From the NCBI GenBank assembly GCA_965216295.1, contig OZ244141.1, positions 4,864-68,863 of the forward strand: a stretch of 64,000 nt of DNA, written 5' to 3'. The stretch comes from Minisyncoccota bacterium (lineage in GTDB: Bacteria > Patescibacteriota > Minisyncoccia > Phycocordibacterales > JABAAK01). A program made the translations under genes and the position numbers. Below the pieces are notes generated by a model. That model was not told where the DNA came from, did no database searches, and saw nothing but the letters and a program-made list of their open reading frames with translations. Of the stretch, positions 60,204-64,000 are shown one piece after another; the stretch's first letter is position 1; every line of letters starts with the position of its first letter.

Positions 60204-61367
60204 TTACACTAATCTAATCAGCTTCTCAAGAAAGTTTTTACTCTCGCTTATATCTATCTCGTTATTAGCAGATAAGATTAGATTATGGATTATTTCACCA
60301 TTAAATTGAGTAACCCCTCTTGAGTTTCTACCTGCCCAGTGCTTTAGGAGAATGGTTGAGTTCAACAAATCTATTTGGAAAACAGAGATGAGAGTTTGAG
60401 CAACAATCTTATTTGGCTCAAGTCCAATAAAATAGAACATAAATACACTCTTATCTGTCGCCAAAAACTTTAACATTTTATCTATGTTGTATGCTTTTGG
60501 GTTTGACTTCAATATCATAATCTTGGTTTTAACATCAGTTTCAGTATGATATTTCTCAAATATCCTAGTATAGTCTCCTAGTGAGTTTTTTGTTCCAAAA
60601 CTAGAAATCTTTTTATTGCTGTTATAAAGCTCTTGAACCAGTTTGTCTCGTAGATCATCATCTTCTCCTGCTATAAGATACTCAATAACTCTGCCTCTTA
60701 TATTTACGTTTTCTATAAATCCTGCTATAAGTATTTCGTTTTTATATTGTTCAACCTTCGCATCAAGGTCTGACTTCAATTCTACAAAATCAGCTGAGTT
60801 CACAAAATTGATTGCCCTTTGTGGAGCTTGTTTAACCACTTCTTCTGCTTCAAGTGATAATTCGTACTTACTGCCTGATGGACTAATGCCAGTAGTGGCT
60901 TCTACGAGGCGTATAAGGTTACCATCAAATCCAAGCTCTTCGTGAATTGCAAAAAGATCATCAAAGTGCTCAGGTGAATTATCTATCTCATTAAATTTTT
61001 TTGAAATATCTGAGCCATTAAAACTACCCCTTATATTATCTTCTCTGAGCCGTTGTGAACTATGGCTAATTTTTTGCAGAAAGGTTGTATTAGCTAGGTA
61101 TATAAAGTTCTTTTCAGGTGTTACTAAGCAGACTAAAAATGGCAACTCATCATACTTCTGAAGATTTGAGAGAGAAAGAACCGTATTTGAGAAACTGGAA
61201 GAATGGGAAGAACTAAAGCGTATAGCAAAATGTTCAGAATAATAAACCGACCTATCTTTAGTTAGATTGAACTGATTTTGAACCCCATCAATCAAGACCG
61301 ACTTATTTCCGATACCGTCCTTTGACTTGATGTAGTTAATCAATTCAAATGCTTGTTGGTTTATCAT
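60204..61367 (-). CDS. Probable type II restriction endonuclease
   Basis: ATGA overlap with the methyltransferase; E...D...DVK pattern ('RGRVIEYLI...LGDY...TDVKTK'). Confidence 0.65.
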   Translation of the reverse strand: MINQQAFELINYIKSKDGIGNKSVLIDGVQNQFNLTKDRSVYYSEHFAIRFSSSHSSSFSNTVLSLSNLQKYDELPFLVCLVTPEKNFIYLANTTFLQKISHSSQRLREDNIRGSFNGSDISKKFNEIDNSPEHFDDLFAIHEELGFDGNLIRLVEATTGISPSGSKYELSLEAEEVVKQAPQRAINFVNSADFVELKSDLDAKVEQYKNEILIAGFIENVNIRGRVIEYLIAGEDDDLRDKLVQELYNSNKKISSFGTKNSLGDYTRIFEKYHTETDVKTKIMILKSNPKAYNIDKMLKFLATDKSVFMFYFIGLEPNKIVAQTLISVFQIDLLNSTILLKHWAGRNSRGVTQFNGEIIHNLILSANNEIDISESKNFLEKLIRLV

Positions 61368-62329
61368 ATTAGTTTTAGTTTATCGGTTGACTGTCTCGCA
61401 TCTTCCGTTTGATCAACTCCTGAATTACGCTCCCAGAATACACCGTTTGCGTATCCTTGAATTGTATTATCCTCTTCGGCAAATCCAATTCTCTTTTCGG
61501 CAAGACAACAGTATTCTTCATTCATTTCAATACCAATATATTTTCTATTGAGTTTTTTCGCTACAACGGAAGTTGTTCCAGAGCCAAGGAAAGGGTCTAA
61601 AACGACATCACCTTCATTTGTAGAAGCCAGTATCACTTTCGCCACCAATTTCTCAGGTTTCTGTGTGGGGTGGTCAGTATTCTCTGGCATTGACCAGAAA
61701 GGGATTGTTATATCGGTCCACAAATTTGAGGGATGAGTTAATCTGAACTTACCATCATCATCTTCAGACCAATCTTTAGCTACTCCATTTTCTCTATAAG
61801 GAGCAATTACCTTCTTCTTTAACTTTACGGCATCAACCTTAAATTTGTAATTATCTGACACTGTTGCAAACCAAATATCCTCTGAACAGTTTTTCCAGTT
61901 TGATAATGCACCTCTGCCTTTCTCTCTTTCCCAAGACACTCTATTCCTAATTTTCAAATGCTTATCTAGTATATTAAATATCATTTGAGATGTTTTCCAA
62001 TCGCAACAAACGTAAACTGAGGAGGTTGTTTTAAGGGTATGTTTAATAGAAAGTAACCACTCTTCAAATAGTTTTTCATATTCTTCAGCCTTTTTTATGC
62101 GAAATTTATTATTACCAAAATCTTTATTAAGATTGTAAGGAGGGTCAATAAATAAAAGATCTACAGAAGCATCTGGTAGATGTGGTGCAACCTCAGACAA
62201 TTGAGCGTGGATTGTTTTGTTGAAAATATCACCCTTCAACATTTTATTTGTAAGCAACCGCTTCCTTAAGACTTTCATTTCCTCTTCGGTCATAGAAGTA
62301 GTCCTATTATTTTTTGCTCTTTTTTTCAT
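61364..62329 (-). CDS. DNA amino-methyltransferase (m6A/m4C), beta class
   Basis: DPPY precedes HPTQKP and VLDPFLGSGTT...YIGIE. Confidence 0.95.
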   Translation of the reverse strand: MKKRAKNNRTTSMTEEEMKVLRKRLLTNKMLKGDIFNKTIHAQLSEVAPHLPDASVDLLFIDPPYNLNKDFGNNKFRIKKAEEYEKLFEEWLLSIKHTLKTTSSVYVCCDWKTSQMIFNILDKHLKIRNRVSWEREKGRGALSNWKNCSEDIWFATVSDNYKFKVDAVKLKKKVIAPYRENGVAKDWSEDDDGKFRLTHPSNLWTDITIPFWSMPENTDHPTQKPEKLVAKVILASTNEGDVVLDPFLGSGTTSVVAKKLNRKYIGIEMNEEYCCLAEKRIGFAEEDNTIQGYANGVFWERNSGVDQTEDARQSTDKLKLI

Positions 62330-62333
62330 AAAT

Positions 62334-62513
62334 TTAATTTGTTTTAGTGTTGCTTAAAAAGTTATCGAACTCACTCTTTTCAATCCGAAATTCCTTTCCA
62401 ATCTTATACGCTTTCAGACGACCTGCCTTGATGTAGCGGTAAATCGTCATTATGTTTACATCTAGCTTTTCAGCTAAATCTTCTGCTTTGTAAAATCCTT
62501 TTTCTTTTTCCAT
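62334..62513 (-). CDS. Excisionase/MerR-like HTH protein, 59 aa (not in ORF track)
   Basis: MEKEKGFYKAEDLAEKLDVNIMTIYRYIKAGRLKAYKIGKEFRIEKSEFDNFLSNTKTN*; ends 4 nt before the methyltransferase start. Confidence 0.9.
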   Translation of the reverse strand: MEKEKGFYKAEDLAEKLDVNIMTIYRYIKAGRLKAYKIGKEFRIEKSEFDNFLSNTKTN

Positions 62514-62557
62514 AGTTTTATCTAGTTATTATACTTTACAATAGTTTACACAGCAAT

Positions 62558-62776
62558 TCAGCTCATTGTGGAGAAAAGAAGTTTCCCCAAGTACTCTTTC
62601 TTTTCTGTGACGGTCCACTTCGGATTGTCTCTGGTAGCTACTTGGTATTCTTTGGCAACCCTTTCCCAAATCTTTAGCTCATCTTCAGGATACAAATCAC
62701 GCTGAAAGTTACTAACCGTTTCTTCAAGAGAAGTCTTTTCAACCTCTTCAATTTTTTCTTTGTATTTCTGAACCCT
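62558..62776 (-). pseudogene. 5'-truncated gene fragment
   Basis: Open frame RVQKYKEKIEEVEKTSLEETVSNFQRDLYPEDELKIWERVAKEY...LLFSTMS* with no in-frame ATG before an upstream stop near 62875. Confidence 0.55.
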
Positions 62777-63206
62777 GAAAAAGTTGAAGAAACTGCAAAA
62801 TCTCTGGGTTTTGACATCTAAAATACTTATAAGTTCTGAAGTGCGACATTTTGAAACATATCTAAAATCCCACTAAACTGCAATTCACTCTTTATCTTCT
62901 TCCAATTTGCAGTTCTGAACTTGTCCAGCACTGGGAGCTCCTTCCCTACAATATCAACTAATACGAGAGGAGGAGTTAAAAAAAATATTATAAAAAACTA
63001 AATGATTGTTTAGAAGCATACAAAGCTTTCATTGAATCTGAAAAAATTACACTCTTTGGATATTGTTATCTCAATATCCCTATTTTTATATTAATAATAC
63101 TCTTTGCTTTCTGTTTGTGTTGTGGATCCGATGATTTCTACCATTTCATACCGCCTAATTTATATTCATGAACCTTTTGATCAGTATTTCTACCAATAAA
63201 TTATCT

Positions 63207-63659
63207 TTATGCAAAATCTTTATAATCATATCGTTTAACATCTAATTTATCATTTACAGAAAAAATATATACATTATTTCGTGATGCAAATAATTTTGGT
63301 ATTCTTTTTAATGCAATTTTAGCAGTTTCTTTTGGCAGAGCCAAGCCATAATAAGCACCTCCTTTAATGCTCTTTTCTGAGGTTGTGTCATCCTTTTTAA
63401 TTGTAGATGTATTCATTCTCGTACAAAGTTGCCCTAATGCTGATAAAAAATTCTCTTTACACGGTTTACCTGTTTTTTTAAGAATATTTCTTCCTTTTGC
63501 TTCTATATAAAAATATCTACTACATCTTCTGTTTATTAATGTTATATCTACACCGCCATCAGTTTTACGTTTAGGACTTGCTGTTTTCCATTTATTTTGC
63601 AAAAAATGTACAACTGCCTTTTCAACGTCTTCTTCTTTTAATTCTATCCATTTTTTCAT
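63207..63659 (-). CDS. PD-(D/E)xK nuclease-like protein
   Basis: 'EEDV...V..FL...W', 'GGVDI', 'YIEAKG', 'ALGQL'. Confidence 0.75.
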   Translation of the reverse strand: MKKWIELKEEDVEKAVVHFLQNKWKTASPKRKTDGGVDITLINRRCSRYFYIEAKGRNILKKTGKPCKENFLSALGQLCTRMNTSTIKKDDTTSEKSIKGGAYYGLALPKETAKIALKRIPKLFASRNNVYIFSVNDKLDVKRYDYKDFA

Positions 63660-63870
63660 ATATTTTACTTTAAATTAAATGTTTTTATCTACATCTAACT
63701 CTTTTTCTTTCTCACTCATACTTCAATCTCATTAAATCTTACCGACCATACACTCAACTGGTGTTTCCTCCACAACTATTCCGAGCATGACAAAGGAAGT
63801 AACCATAACAAAAATACCACCCGTGCCCTTCACACATAGTTATACATTTTTCACAAAAAATACCAATTAA

Positions 63871-64000
63871 TTATTTCTCAGGAGTATTATTTGTTTTTTC
63901 ATCAGGTGATGTCGTCTCTTTTTGTTCTTCGCCTTTCTCACTTACCTCTTTTTGTTGTACAGACCCTGTGGTAGCTGCTTCTTGCACCTCTCCCTCATCT
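63871..64000 (-). CDS. Acidic C-terminal tail of a gene starting beyond the window
   Basis: DEGEVQEAATTGSVQQKEVSEKGEEQKETTSPDEKTNNTPEK*. Confidence 0.5.
   Translation of the reverse strand, partial: DEGEVQEAATTGSVQQKEVSEKGEEQKETTSPDEKTNNTPEK

Larger units (their letters stand above)
59561..63700. mobile_element. Decayed AT-rich island downstream of the tmRNA 3' end; right boundary uncertain
   Basis: Recombinase remnant, R-M genes, excisionase-type HTH, gene fragments and visibly AT-rich composition next to a known integration hotspot. Confidence 0.7.

Noticed and set aside
63760-63775. attR copy of the tmRNA 3' end (cctccac)
   Set aside because: The match is too short to be significant.

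Overview
Chromosomal window from a small-genome bacterium, most likely Patescibacteria/CPR (Parcubacteria-like). This is inferred from divergent 16S signatures and a Parcubacteria-style C-terminal peptidoglycan-binding module; genetic code 11 fits. In order: a partial tRNA-Ile(GAU); a two-gene unit (unannotated 58-aa membrane protein plus a VirD4/TraD-like ATPase fused to a degenerate MurD domain); a stand-alone 16S rRNA with no anti-Shine-Dalgarno tail and an altered decoding site; housekeeping genes (secDF, rodA, ABC-F, murA, mqo-like); a ~30-kb array of three giant secreted Ig-like proteins (2006, 4144, 3715 aa) with near-identical anchors and variable domains inserted into scaffold loops; two divergent toxin-antitoxin pairs; tRNA-Ser, ruvX, tRNA-Pro, pyrG, recG, a rare tRNA-Ile(UAU), dcd, ung, ftsH, smpB and tmRNA; and a decayed island downstream of tmRNA with an internally deleted serine recombinase and an intact restriction-modification cassette. 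All calls are from motif recognition by eye; no searches were run.
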